Of a stretch of DNA of 64,000 nt, positions 47,044 through 57,226 are shown piece by piece (position 1 is the first letter of the stretch; each line of letters starts with the position of its first letter). The notes beneath the pieces are model-generated. The model saw only the letters and a list, made by a program, of their open reading frames with translations. It was not told the origin of the DNA and did not search any database. Made by a program: the position numbers and the translations under genes. The stretch is from NCBI GenBank assembly GCA_964446805.1, contig CAYUQE010000001.1:3626-67625 (forward strand). Reading direction: 5' to 3'. Origin of the DNA: an uncultured Proteiniphilum sp. (GTDB lineage: Bacteria > Bacteroidota > Bacteroidia > Bacteroidales > Dysgonomonadaceae).

Positions 47044-49797
47044 ATGGACTACAATTTCGGGGAGATAGAAAAACGGTGGCAGCAATACTGGATTGACCAC
47101 CAAACCTATAAAGTAACGGAGGATAGCGCTAAGCCCAAGTTCTATATACTGGACATGTTCCCCTATCCATCGGGAGCGGGACTGCATGTGGGACATCCGC
47201 TGGGGTACATCGCATCGGATATCATATCAAGATTCAAACGTCAGCAAGGCTTCAACGTGCTCCACCCCATGGGCTTTGACGCCTATGGTCTTCCTGCTGA
47301 ACAGTATGCCATTCAAACCGGCCAACATCCGGCCATCACCACGCATAACAACATCACCCGCTATCGTGAACAGCTCGACAAGATCGGATTCTCTTACGAC
47401 TGGAGCCGTGAGGTGCGTACCTGTGATCCAGCCTATTATAAATGGACGCAGTGGGCATTCGTGAAGATGTTTCATTCCTATTACTGCAATAAGGCCGATC
47501 AGGCCCGTCCCATTGCTGAACTGACCGAGCTCTTTGCACAACAGGGTACCTCCGGTCTCGATCTGGCCTGCAGCGAACCGATGGTGTTCACTGCGGAGGC
47601 GTGGAACAGTAAGTGTGAGAAAGAGCAACAGGAGATATTGATGAACTACCGCATTGCCTACCTGGGTGATACGATGGTTAACTGGTGTGCGCAGTTGGGC
47701 ACCGTACTTGCCAATGATGAGGTGAGTGAAGGATTATCTGTACGGGGCGGTTATCCGGTGGAACAAAAAAAGATGCGTCAGTGGTGCCTGCGTGTTGCGG
47801 CGTATGCACAGCGTCTGCTCGACGGTCTTGACAAGCTGGAGTGGAGTGAATCACTGAAAGAGACACAGCGTAACTGGATCGGTCGCAGTGAGGGTGCAGT
47901 GATGCGTTTTACCACCACTCAGGGTATCTCTTTCGATATCTTCACCACCCGCGCCGACACCATCTATGGGGTCACTTTTATGGTGCTGGCACCCGAGAGT
48001 GAACTGGTGAAACAGCTCGTCACCGATGCAGAGCGTCAGGCGGTAGAGGTTTATATAGAGAAGACAAAGAAAAAAACGGAACGGGAGCGCATCGCTGACA
48101 AATCGGTCTCCGGTGTCTTCTCTGGATCCTATGCCCTTCATCCTTTTACCGGTGAGCCACTGCCTATATGGATCTCTGACTACGTGCTGGCAGGCTACGG
48201 TACCGGTGCCATCATGGCTGTTCCCGCACATGACAGTCGCGATTATGCATTTGCACGTTTCTTTCACCTTCCCATCATCCCGCTGATTGAAGGTTGTGAT
48301 GTGTCGCAGGAGAGCTTTGATGCCAAAGAGGGTGTCATGGTCAACTCCGGCTTCATGAACGGCATGACGGTGAGTGAGGCGATACCTGCAGCGATTGACG
48401 AGGTGGAGAAACGGGGTCTTGGCTACAGGAAGATCAACTTCCGGCTGCGTGACGCCATCTTCTCACGACAGCGTTACTGGGGTGAGCCGTTTCCTGTCTA
48501 TTACAAGGAGGGGATGCCCTATACCCTGAATGAAGAGGAGCTGCCACTTGAGCTGCCACAGGTGGATAAATTCCTTCCCACGGAAACAGGTGAACCCCCT
48601 CTGGGTCGTGCCATTAACTGGCAAACAGAAGAGGGTTATCCGCTGGAATTAAGCACCATGCCCGGTTTTGCGGGCTCCTCGGCCTACTACCTGCGCTATA
48701 TGGATCCGCACAACAACGAGGCACTAGTGTCGGAGGATGCCAACGACTACTGGCGCGATGTGGATCTTTATATCGGGGGCACGGAGCATGCCACGGGACA
48801 TCTTATTTATAGTCGTTTTTGGAACAAGTTCCTGTTCGATCTGGGCGTCTCCTGTGAGGAGGAGCCATTCAGGAAGCTGGTAAACCAGGGGATGATTCAG
48901 GGACGCAGTAACTTCGTCTACCGTATCAAAGGAACAAACAGGTTTGTCTCTCTCAATCTCCGGAATCAGTACGATGTGACACCCCTGCATGTGGATGTGA
49001 ACATCGTTCATAATGATCTGCTCGATATGGATGCTTTCCGTAACTGGAGCCCCGAGTACCGGACAGCCGAATTTGTGCTGGAAGAGGGAAAGTATGTATG
49101 TGGATGGGCCGTGGAGAAAATGTCGAAATCGATGTACAACGTGGTCAACCCTGATGATATTGTGGAGCGATATGGTGCCGACACCCTTCGTCTCTACGAG
49201 ATGTTCCTCGGTCCGCTCGAACAATCCAAACCGTGGGATACCAACGGTATCGACGGGGTGTACCGTTTTCTCAGGAAGATATGGAATCTCTTCTTCCAGG
49301 AGGGTGTGCTGGCGGTTTCAGAGGATGAACCCACCAAGGAAGAGTTGAAAACCCTGCATAAGCTGATCAAAAAGGTGACATACGATATTGAGCATTTCTC
49401 TTACAACACCTCGGTATCTGCTTTCATGATTTGTGCCAATGAGTTGACCTCACTTCAATGCAGAAAAAGAGCGATCCTGAGCGACCTCACGAAGTGCCTG
49501 GCGCCATTTGCACCCCATATAGCCGAGGAGTTGTGGTATCAGTTGGGTAACCGGTCAACCGTTTGTGATGCACCATGGCCTCTATGGAACGAAGCCTTTC
49601 TGAAAGAGGATACCTATCCCTATGCGATCTCGTTCAACGGTAAATCACGTTATATCCTTGATTTCTTTGCCGATGCCACGAACGAGGAGATTGAAAAAGC
49701 TGTGCTTGCACATCCCAGCTCAGTGAAATGGATCGATGGTAAGACAGTGAAGAAGATCATCATTGTCCCCAAAAAAATTGTCAATATCGTTCTTTGA
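47044..49797 (+). CDS. leuS: Leucine-tRNA ligase
   Basis: [14 protein letters not shown], editing domain [26 protein letters not shown]. Confidence 0.98.
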   Translation: MDYNFGEIEKRWQQYWIDHQTYKVTEDSAKPKFYILDMFPYPSGAGLHVGHPLGYIASDIISRFKRQQGFNVLHPMGFDAYGLPAEQYAIQTGQHPAITTHNNITRYREQLDKIGFSYDWSREVRTCDPAYYKWTQWAFVKMFHSYYCNKADQARPIAELTELFAQQGTSGLDLACSEPMVFTAEAWNSKCEKEQQEILMNYRIAYLGDTMVNWCAQLGTVLANDEVSEGLSVRGGYPVEQKKMRQWCLRVAAYAQRLLDGLDKLEWSESLKETQRNWIGRSEGAVMRFTTTQGISFDIFTTRADTIYGVTFMVLAPESELVKQLVTDAERQAVEVYIEKTKKKTERERIADKSVSGVFSGSYALHPFTGEPLPIWISDYVLAGYGTGAIMAVPAHDSRDYAFARFFHLPIIPLIEGCDVSQESFDAKEGVMVNSGFMNGMTVSEAIPAAIDEVEKRGLGYRKINFRLRDAIFSRQRYWGEPFPVYYKEGMPYTLNEEELPLELPQVDKFLPTETGEPPLGRAINWQTEEGYPLELSTMPGFAGSSAYYLRYMDPHNNEALVSEDANDYWRDVDLYIGGTEHATGHLIYSRFWNKFLFDLGVSCEEEPFRKLVNQGMIQGRSNFVYRIKGTNRFVSLNLRNQYDVTPLHVDVNIVHNDLLDMDAFRNWSPEYRTAEFVLEEGKYVCGWAVEKMSKSMYNVVNPDDIVERYGADTLRLYEMFLGPLEQSKPWDTNGIDGVYRFLRKIWNLFFQEGVLAVSEDEPTKEELKTLHKLIKKVTYDIEHFSYNTSVSAFMICANELTSLQCRKRAILSDLTKCLAPFAPHIAEELWYQLGNRSTVCDAPWPLWNEAFLKEDTYPYAISFNGKSRYILDFFADATNEEIEKAVLAHPSSVKWIDGKTVKKIIIVPKKIVNIVL

Positions 49798-49842
49798 TTT
49801 TTTCTTGCTTCATCTGAAATGCCTTTAATCAACTAATTGTTT

Positions 49843-50712
49843 ATGGCAAAGGAGGTTCGTTATCTCAAATCGTTTTACTGGAAAGATTATGTGATCATCA
49901 CTTTTGGACTCGCTCTATTTGTGACTGGCTTTACCGGCTTTATCATGCCTAACGAGATTGTTGTGGGCGGCCTTGGTGGTGTGGGTTTGCTCCTAAAATA
50001 TGCCTTTTCGCTGCCTGTCTTCATGACCTTTCTCATCGGGAATGGGATCATGATGGTGATTGCCTGGTTCATCCTGGGTAAGTCATATGTGTTTAAAGCA
50101 CTTTTTGGTGTGATTGGCCTGACGCTTTTAATGGCAGTAGCTGAAAACTACATTCCCGGGCCGCTTATCCATGCCGATCCGCTTATGTCGAGCATTATAG
50201 GAGCGATCTTCAGCGGCAGTGGTCTTGGACTTATCTACTCCAGGAGTGCAAGCACCGGAGGTACTGATATCGTGGGAGCTATCATCACCAAGTATCATTA
50301 CATAAGCATGGGACGTGGACTGCTTTATGTTGACCTTATTATTGTAGGCAGCTCCTATCTGCTTTTTCAGAGTTTAGAGAAGATCATTTACGGGCTGATA
50401 GTGGTTTCGGTGATGTATTACACGGTAGATCTTGTCATTAACGGGGCACGACAATCGGTTCAATTTATCATCTTCTCCACCAAATACAATGAGATCGCTT
50501 CTCATATCAATGGTGAGCTGAACAGAGGTTGCACCGTGTTGGAAGGAACAGGATGGTACTCAAAACAACCGCAGAAAGTACTGATTATCCTTGCCCGCAA
50601 AACAGAGTCCAGTGCTATCTTCCGTCTGGTAAAACGAATAGATGAGAATGCGTTTATTTCACAGAGCAACGTTGTAGGTGTCTATGGTAAAGGATTTGAT
50701 CAGATGAAGTGA
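49843..50712 (+). CDS. YitT-family membrane protein (DUF161/DUF2179)
   Basis: GGLGG, ASTGGTDI, RGCT..GTGWYS, IDENAFIS..GVYGKGF. Confidence 0.9.
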   Translation: MAKEVRYLKSFYWKDYVIITFGLALFVTGFTGFIMPNEIVVGGLGGVGLLLKYAFSLPVFMTFLIGNGIMMVIAWFILGKSYVFKALFGVIGLTLLMAVAENYIPGPLIHADPLMSSIIGAIFSGSGLGLIYSRSASTGGTDIVGAIITKYHYISMGRGLLYVDLIIVGSSYLLFQSLEKIIYGLIVVSVMYYTVDLVINGARQSVQFIIFSTKYNEIASHINGELNRGCTVLEGTGWYSKQPQKVLIILARKTESSAIFRLVKRIDENAFISQSNVVGVYGKGFDQMK

Positions 50713-50720
50713 GATGGTGT

Positions 50721-53543
50721 TCATGTGGATGCCTTGTCCACAAGATAAATCACCGATTGATAAGCTACGCCACTGTTGACCGATAAACCTATTTCACATG
50801 TACGGCTGTTGGAGTAGCCCTCCGTAGCATCCTGCATACCCTGTTTCAACGGTGTCAGCGCCGAACGACTGAGCTCGGGGTAGAAAAAACCCCTGTCACC
50901 GGCCCAGCCGCAACACTCCACATTCTCCGGCACAATCACCTTTGCTGCACATCGTGAGGTCACTTCCATGAGCTTATCAGCAAGTTGCATCTTTGTGGAA
51001 CTGCAGGTGGTATGTATCGCTACCGTAACAAGTTGCCTGCTGATCTGCAGCCGCTCCAACAGGTAATCATGAATGAACTCCACCTGATCGTAGAGTTGTA
51101 ACCGCGGGTCGAGGGTCTCACGCATATGCAGTAGGCAGGGGCTCATGTCACAAATGATGGGGATTGCACCGTTACGACTCGCTTTAAGCAATGCTTTGTT
51201 CAGTTCATCCTCCTTTTTCCTTGCCTGCACGGTGAACCCTTTGCTGCTGAAGGCCATACCGCAGCAGAGCCTCTCCTTCTCTTCGGGAATAACGACGGTG
51301 TATCCGGCTTTGTGTAGCACCGACAGCATCGTTGTGGGGAGATCATTCGTCTCCCTGTAGCCATAGGATGGACCACCCATGGAACGGGTAATGCAGCTGG
51401 GGAAATAGACTGCCATGGGTGCATCGGATAAGACGGCAGGGAAACTATTTCGGGTAATTTTTTTGCTTCCCGTGGGTGTGTAGCGTGTCCACAAAGGAAA
51501 CAACCCATCTCCCAATCGATAAAGCCCTCTTGTGATATTCTCCATGCTGTCATAGCCTATCATCTTACCCAAGGTATGAGGTACCTTCAACATGACTCTC
51601 AATAGTGCCGTCGTACCGGCCATATTGTTCGCAATGGAATCGGCGATCATGTGCGCCCACCTCCCGTTATGTTTCCAACGTATTTCTTTCACCAGCTTGC
51701 CGGTGTCGATGCCCACAGGGCAGGCGATGCTGCACAAGCCGTCAGTGGCACAGGTCTCCTCCATCGCATAAGAGATTTCTTTCAGTTGTTCACTGATCGA
51801 ATCTTTCTTTCTCCTTCCCGTAGCTGTGCTCCCGGCCAGATACCTGTATGCCACAATACGCTGTCGTGGGGTGAGCGTGAGATTCTTTGAGGGGCAGCTG
51901 ACCTCGCAGAAACCACACTCAATGCATTTATCGATAAGTGGATTGACCTCAGGTATCTGTTTCAGATGCTGAATGAAAACATCCCTGTCGTTGTTGATCA
52001 CCACCCCGGGATTCAGGATATTGTACGGGTCAAAAGCCTGCTTTATACGTTTCATCAAGGCATACACATCGCTTCCCCACTCTTTCTCCACGAAGGGTGC
52101 CATGTTACGTCCCGTACCATGCTCTGCTTTCAGGCTGCCATCGTGTTTCACCGTCACCAGATCGCACAAGTGATGCATAAATGCGGCATATCTTTCTACC
52201 CCCGCGGGATTGTTGATCTCCGGGAAAATGGTGAAATGAACGTTCCCGTCAAGAAGATGTCCCCACATCACTGCATCTTCATATCCTGACTGCACCAGCA
52301 GTGCACGTACATCGGTCAGCGCATCACCCAGTATCTCGCCACGAAAAGCGATATCCTCAATGATGCAGGCTGTATGCGGTGGACGTGCCGCAGCAGCAGA
52401 GGTGAAAAGGCCGTTGCGCACCTTCCAGTAACGGTTGTAGCGCTCTCTGTCGGTGGTGAATCTTATCGGTGAGAGCGTCCGGATATGGGCCAGTTTACCT
52501 TCTATCTCACGCATCTGCAGGAGGAGCGTCTCCTCATCGTCGGCAGCGGTGTCGATAAGAAGTGCGGCCGCACACGGGGGTAGCAGTTTTAACTCAGGCG
52601 GCATACCCTCCTGATCTTCCACGGCACGCAGCGCATTGCGGTCCATCAGCTCGGCTGCGCTCACTGGACATTCCCTTAGTGGAAGAATGGAATCACACAC
52701 CTCGCGCAAGCCGGCAAAATAGATCATCGCCGTGGCTTTGAGGGGTGCATCGTGCACCGTCTCAAAGGTGGCCTGCGACACAAAGCCGAGGGTACCCTCC
52801 GAGCCTGTCATCAGTTGCCGAATGATCTCTATCGGGTCACTGAAATCTATCAGCGCGTTGACACCATAACCACAGGTATTCTTCAGCTCGAACTTACGGG
52901 CAATTTTCTCATGGATAACCTCATTACCTGTGGCATCATGATGCAGCTGTCTCATCTCACTGATCAGTTGCGGATGTGAGGCAATGAAGGAATGGCAACT
53001 ATCACTGTCGGCAGTGTCGAGTAGCGATCCGTCGGCGAAGATGATACGCATCGACGTCACTGTATGGTAACTGTTGTAACGTATGCCATAACTCGATCCA
53101 CTCGCATTGTTGGCGATGATACCTCCAATCCTGGCGGCATTGATCGATGCCGGTTTTGGTCCCAGCTTTCGCCTGTAGCGCATCAACAACCGATTTGCTG
53201 CTGCACCCGTCATCCCGCAGCCGAAGGTGGCCGTAAGCCCATTGTCGGTGATGGCAGAGAATGCAAACCCGGGCCCTGTTTCCATCAGTATCGAGTTGGA
53301 GATGGTTTGCCCGCTTAAGCTTGTGCCGGCAGCTTTAAAGGTCACCGGCACCTTTTCACGGTGACAGAATTGTAGTAAACGTATCACCTCTTCTTCACTG
53401 TTCACCTTCACCACTGCCTTTGGTATAAGTCGGTAGAGTCCGGCGTCACTACCTTTCGTCATACAGGTAAGCGTATCGGTGAACAGCTGTTCACGCGGGA
53501 AGAGTGCCGAGAGCTGTGAATATAACTGTTTGGATCTCATCAT
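50721..53543 (-). CDS. FAD-binding, 4Fe-4S and CCG-domain oxidoreductase (Dld-II-like D-lactate/2-hydroxyacid dehydrogenase)
   Basis: AAGTSLSGQ, GSEGTLG, GSLKAEHGTGRNMAPF, CIECGFCEVSCP, CATDGLCSIACP, two CCG motifs. Confidence 0.88.
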   Translation of the reverse strand: MMRSKQLYSQLSALFPREQLFTDTLTCMTKGSDAGLYRLIPKAVVKVNSEEEVIRLLQFCHREKVPVTFKAAGTSLSGQTISNSILMETGPGFAFSAITDNGLTATFGCGMTGAAANRLLMRYRRKLGPKPASINAARIGGIIANNASGSSYGIRYNSYHTVTSMRIIFADGSLLDTADSDSCHSFIASHPQLISEMRQLHHDATGNEVIHEKIARKFELKNTCGYGVNALIDFSDPIEIIRQLMTGSEGTLGFVSQATFETVHDAPLKATAMIYFAGLREVCDSILPLRECPVSAAELMDRNALRAVEDQEGMPPELKLLPPCAAALLIDTAADDEETLLLQMREIEGKLAHIRTLSPIRFTTDRERYNRYWKVRNGLFTSAAAARPPHTACIIEDIAFRGEILGDALTDVRALLVQSGYEDAVMWGHLLDGNVHFTIFPEINNPAGVERYAAFMHHLCDLVTVKHDGSLKAEHGTGRNMAPFVEKEWGSDVYALMKRIKQAFDPYNILNPGVVINNDRDVFIQHLKQIPEVNPLIDKCIECGFCEVSCPSKNLTLTPRQRIVAYRYLAGSTATGRRKKDSISEQLKEISYAMEETCATDGLCSIACPVGIDTGKLVKEIRWKHNGRWAHMIADSIANNMAGTTALLRVMLKVPHTLGKMIGYDSMENITRGLYRLGDGLFPLWTRYTPTGSKKITRNSFPAVLSDAPMAVYFPSCITRSMGGPSYGYRETNDLPTTMLSVLHKAGYTVVIPEEKERLCCGMAFSSKGFTVQARKKEDELNKALLKASRNGAIPIICDMSPCLLHMRETLDPRLQLYDQVEFIHDYLLERLQISRQLVTVAIHTTCSSTKMQLADKLMEVTSRCAAKVIVPENVECCGWAGDRGFFYPELSRSALTPLKQGMQDATEGYSNSRTCEIGLSVNSGVAYQSVIYLVDKAST

Positions 53544-53595
53544 TGATTCTTTTTGTAAAGATAAATGAGATTTATCATTGTGAAGTGAAAAGCAC

Positions 53596-53625
53596 AAAAA
53601 AAAAGCGGTCATGGCGACCGCTTTT
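53596..53625 (-). terminator. Intrinsic terminator after the small wHTH gene
   Basis: Minus strand aaaagcggtc/gccat/gaccgc followed by T9. Confidence 0.88.
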
Positions 53626-53658
53626 CATCAGATTTTATAGTTGAGAGGAGTGTGCAAG

Positions 53659-53856
53659 CTAACTCAATGAGATGAACAGCTCTTTCTCTACTTCTTCCAA
53701 AGTGATTTTCCCTTCTCTTGCCAACCAGCCGATCGCTGTGTAGAGATCTTTATCAGTTAATTTCGTCACTTTCTTGATCTCTTTCATATTCTGACGTCCC
53801 GACTCATCGAGTACTATCCATAATTTCCCGGCGTTGATGCCAATTTTTTCAATCAT
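53659..53856 (-). CDS. Small winged-helix protein (DUF2582-like)
   Basis: IGINAGKLW..L..AIGWLAREGKI; own promoter (TATCTTTG at 53903-53910) and terminator. Confidence 0.85.
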   Translation of the reverse strand: MIEKIGINAGKLWIVLDESGRQNMKEIKKVTKLTDKDLYTAIGWLAREGKITLEEVEKELFISLS

Positions 53857-53922
53857 TTTTTTTACGATTATAGTTGTCTGCGATCTTGCAATTTTGTGCC
53901 GACAAAGATAGTGTGATATTTT

Positions 53923-53972
53923 AAAAAAAACAATTTATCAGGGTGATATATTACATTAATGTCCTGATAAAT
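53923..53972 (-). terminator. Probable terminator of the nusB-coaE operon
   Basis: Inverted repeat atttatcagg..cctgataaat with a 20-nt loop, followed on the minus strand by tgtttttttt. Confidence 0.55.
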
Positions 53973-53978
53973 ATTTGA

Positions 53979-54575
53979 TTATTGGTATTGCGAATTAAAA
54001 GCACCGCTCAATAAAAGAGCGTCCACCTGCGCTATGAGCGATTGACGGTTGTCGTTATAAATCACAAAGTCGGACTGTTTGATTTTTTCCTCATCAGACA
54101 GCTGATGCCTCATCCTGACCTCCACCTCGTGCCTGGCGGACTGATCACGCTTCATCACTCTCTCAATACGCATTGCTTGGGGTGCCGTAACAGTAATCAC
54201 CTTATCTACGATCCGATGAAAGCCCGCTTCAATCAAGACAGCGGCATCAATGACCACGAGAGAATGATCATTTCTTTCACTGCACCATTCGTTAAAAGAG
54301 CTGCTCACTACCGGGTGAATGATGTTGTTGACTATTGCAAGCTTTTCCTTATCCTGAAAAATGAGCGAGGCTAATTGTTTCCTGTTAAGCCTGGTGCCAC
54401 TGTAAAGCTCTTCGCCGAAATGAAAGATCAGTTGTGCACGAATGAAAGGGGAAGAGTCATTCAGCTCCCTGGCCACCTTGTCGGCATCGAAGACAGGGAT
54501 ATCATGCAGGCGGAAAAGTGTAGAAACAACCGTCTTTCCGCTACCAATACCACCGGTGACACCAATTTTTATCAT
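53979..54575 (-). CDS. coaE: Dephospho-CoA kinase
   Basis: GVTGGIGSGKT, DAD, IIHP. Confidence 0.96.
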   Translation of the reverse strand: MIKIGVTGGIGSGKTVVSTLFRLHDIPVFDADKVARELNDSSPFIRAQLIFHFGEELYSGTRLNRKQLASLIFQDKEKLAIVNNIIHPVVSSSFNEWCSERNDHSLVVIDAAVLIEAGFHRIVDKVITVTAPQAMRIERVMKRDQSARHEVEVRMRHQLSDEEKIKQSDFVIYNDNRQSLIAQVDALLLSGAFNSQYQ

Positions 54576-55567
54576 TGTGATCTCCTGTTTTCAAAAAGAA
54601 ACTCTACATGGGAGGGTGAAATTCTTATATTGTGTATCGAAGCGGGTGTTTTTGACAGTTCCAGCGCCACACGTCCATCGTCGTTGGTGTGAAAATCCCT
54701 GTAGTCGAGCTCTATCTCGAAATCCTCCTGGGCGATCTTCTTGTATTCTTCCAGTGTCACTGAGAAGGAGACATTGGCCCGCGAAGGGAAGAACTTCACA
54801 TCGAGTTCTTTGGGCATGCGCACCACTGTGATGGGAACTTCAAAGGTTCGCTCTGTATACTCTTCAATGGGGATATATATTTCCACCTTGTCAGGAACAA
54901 ATTTAACCCCTTCCACAGGATTGATCGTTACAGGGAGCTGTGAGGTTGCCTTCAGGTTTTTAAACAGTGTGTATTCGGTGAAAGCTTTCTCCAGGTTGTC
55001 GAGTGACTGCCGCGAACCGTAGGCAGTGACGGTCTCAGGGATAAACAGGGCGCTGTCGGCCACAAGATTAGCCCTGCTGGTGGTGATCTCGCCATCGAAT
55101 ACCACCTGCAACACTTTACGTTGCAGCTTTGAGGTGGCAAGTGAGATAACCATCGGATAATAACCCCTGATGTTGGTGCTGGGCGATAACTGAGCGCGTA
55201 TGAGCTGCCGGTATTGATCTCCCTGAAGGATGGTGTTCCCCCCCTCGATCATCTCTGCCACATTGATTTCCAGTGAATCTTTCCTGGTGACGTCTAACCG
55301 GAATATTTCAGCACCGTTGTCGGCAATACTTATTTCAATGTACTCCGGCAGGGGCTGATCAAAAACAACATCTTCCGGTATATGGGTATACTTTATCGGT
55401 ATGCGATAAGCACCCTCCACGTTCTCTTTCTGAAAAAAAAGCATTAACCAGAAAATAAAGGCCAGCAACAAGAAAAACAAAAAGAAGAGCGCGTTAATCC
55501 AGGGAAATGTGGAGAAAAACGCCCTGGCTTTCGGTTTCCATGCTTCGATGATGGCCTTTATTTCCAT
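54572..55567 (-). CDS. YbbR/CdaR-like repeat membrane protein
   Basis: N-terminal TM ending FIFW; P.TVTAYG; EEYTERTFEVPI..KFFPS; syntenic between yajC and coaE. Confidence 0.82.
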   Translation of the reverse strand: MEIKAIIEAWKPKARAFFSTFPWINALFFLFFLLLAFIFWLMLFFQKENVEGAYRIPIKYTHIPEDVVFDQPLPEYIEISIADNGAEIFRLDVTRKDSLEINVAEMIEGGNTILQGDQYRQLIRAQLSPSTNIRGYYPMVISLATSKLQRKVLQVVFDGEITTSRANLVADSALFIPETVTAYGSRQSLDNLEKAFTEYTLFKNLKATSQLPVTINPVEGVKFVPDKVEIYIPIEEYTERTFEVPITVVRMPKELDVKFFPSRANVSFSVTLEEYKKIAQEDFEIELDYRDFHTNDDGRVALELSKTPASIHNIRISPSHVEFLFENRRSQ

Positions 55568-55579
55568 AGGAGAGAACGA

Positions 55580-55888
55580 TTAGTTGATCGTTACATCAGA
55601 TGAGGAGGCAAAAACCGATGCTTTATCAAATTTGAGTCTTACGCCGTCGGCTACCTCCACCAGAAACCATGTCTCGCCTACCTCTTTAATTCTACCGTGA
55701 ATACCTCCGGAGGTGACTACTTTGTCTCCCACCTTCATGGCTTCCCTACTTTTCTGTAATTCCTTCTGTTTCTTTTGCTGTGGACGAATCATGAAGAAAT
55801 AAAAAACAGCGATGATTCCAACCATCATCAACAGGGTACTTGTCATTCCCCCCATTCCTCCCGGAGCAGCTTGTAATAAAATATTCAT
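55580..55888 (-). CDS. yajC: Preprotein translocase subunit YajC
   Basis: FYFFMIRPQQKKQK, GDKVVTSGGIHG. Confidence 0.96.
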   Translation of the reverse strand: MNILLQAAPGGMGGMTSTLLMMVGIIAVFYFFMIRPQQKKQKELQKSREAMKVGDKVVTSGGIHGRIKEVGETWFLVEVADGVRLKFDKASVFASSSDVTIN

Positions 55889-55914
55889 ACGAATTAATGT
55901 TTGGGTGATTATAA

Positions 55915-56841
55915 TTAATTTTTAAAGATACGCTTTTCTTCTTTTATTTCCTGTACGATGGCGTCTAAGATTCCATTGATGAAGATGCCGCTCTTGGGGG
56001 TACTGTAAGATTTGGCGATCTCGATGTACTCATTGAGAGAGACACTCGTGGGAATCGACTCGAACGTACAGATCTCGGAAAGAGCTACCTGCATGATGAT
56101 CAGATCCATAAAAGCGATACGGTCGAAATCCCATTTTTCGGTATGCTTCTCGATAAGGTCACGATAGATCTTTTCGTTCAGGATCGTTTCGTGGAGCAGT
56201 TTCAGCGCGAAGTCCCTGTCTTCATCGTCTTTGAACATCGGTAACAGCGGTTGACGTGCTCCCATGTCTTCTGAGAATTTCTTGATCGTTTTCAACACAA
56301 ATGTCTGCACAATCTCCACATCATCATTCCAGTAGATGGATTCATCCTCGAGGATGTCATCTAATTCTTCGTTCAGATAGATGTACTTCTTAAATATTTT
56401 TCTCCAGAATTCACGATCCTGCTCGTAGGTAGGTGCCGTAAGTTCAGTATAATCCCTGTACACTTCTGAGACAAGGATCTTGTCCAGGAGGTTCTTCACG
56501 AACGAGTTGTCCGCATCCCAGATCATCGGGCGATCAGTGAGCTGTTTTTTCAATTGCTCGTTCTCTCTCAACTGATGCATGAACTTGTTATTGATCAGGT
56601 GGGTGTTGGGATTCAGATCATCGTGTGAGGGCAGGTATTTATTCCTTTTTGATTCCACCCTGTTCTCATAGGCTGTGGTGAGGTCAACCATCAAAAGCAG
56701 GAGATAATAGTAAAGATCGTAGGATTTCTGCAAGCCGAAGAGAAGTTCCTTTTCGGTTTTTCGCAAATCATTATTCGTATTCTGATACCACGAATAGACA
56801 ATTTGTACTATCCTTATACGAATTAAATTTCTGTTTATCAT
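55915..56841 (-). CDS. nusB: Transcription antitermination factor NusB (long Bacteroidetes form)
   Basis: MINRNLIRIRIVQ; WDFDRIAFMD; VSLNEYIEIAKSYSTPKSGIFINGILD. Confidence 0.94.
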   Translation of the reverse strand: MINRNLIRIRIVQIVYSWYQNTNNDLRKTEKELLFGLQKSYDLYYYLLLLMVDLTTAYENRVESKRNKYLPSHDDLNPNTHLINNKFMHQLRENEQLKKQLTDRPMIWDADNSFVKNLLDKILVSEVYRDYTELTAPTYEQDREFWRKIFKKYIYLNEELDDILEDESIYWNDDVEIVQTFVLKTIKKFSEDMGARQPLLPMFKDDEDRDFALKLLHETILNEKIYRDLIEKHTEKWDFDRIAFMDLIIMQVALSEICTFESIPTSVSLNEYIEIAKSYSTPKSGIFINGILDAIVQEIKEEKRIFKN

Positions 56842-57004
56842 TTTTTTAATGAACGTTTACGTTAAGTATCGGGCAAAAGACAAATTTGTTTGTTTACTGC
56901 CATTGTATGAACTATATCGGTGAGCCAACAGTGATAGCATTGATTCTATCCATGTTGATCGCAGAGATAGCGATTGTTTGACTTTGTGACCTTTTTTTGT
57001 ACTG

Positions 57005-57012
57005 CAAAAGTA
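57005..57012 (-). promoter_or_regulatory. sigmaA -7 element for the nusB operon
   Basis: TACTTTTG about 160 nt upstream of nusB. Confidence 0.55.
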
Positions 57013-57226
57013 GTTATTTTTTCCTTATAAATCATTCTCTTGCGTGAAAAGTGATCTTTATTTAGTCAAACAGATCTCCTTTCGGAGTGAAATTTCAATC
57101 AATTTTTGTAGTTTTGCACAGGTAAACATTTTATTTACTAATGAGCGGCACTTTTATAAAAAATTGATCCAATACCATCCCCCTTAGGGAGATAGATCAC
57201 CATGCACAACCAACTAAAATAATCAT

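Noticed and set aside
53886-53900. GGCAC..TTGCA resembling a sigma54 promoter
   Set aside because: The GG-to-GC spacing is 9 nt, not the required 10, and a sigmaA -7 element is adjacent.
56860-56955. Two 13-codon ORFs in the nusB leader
   Set aside because: No attenuator-like codon bias or terminator; unsupported.
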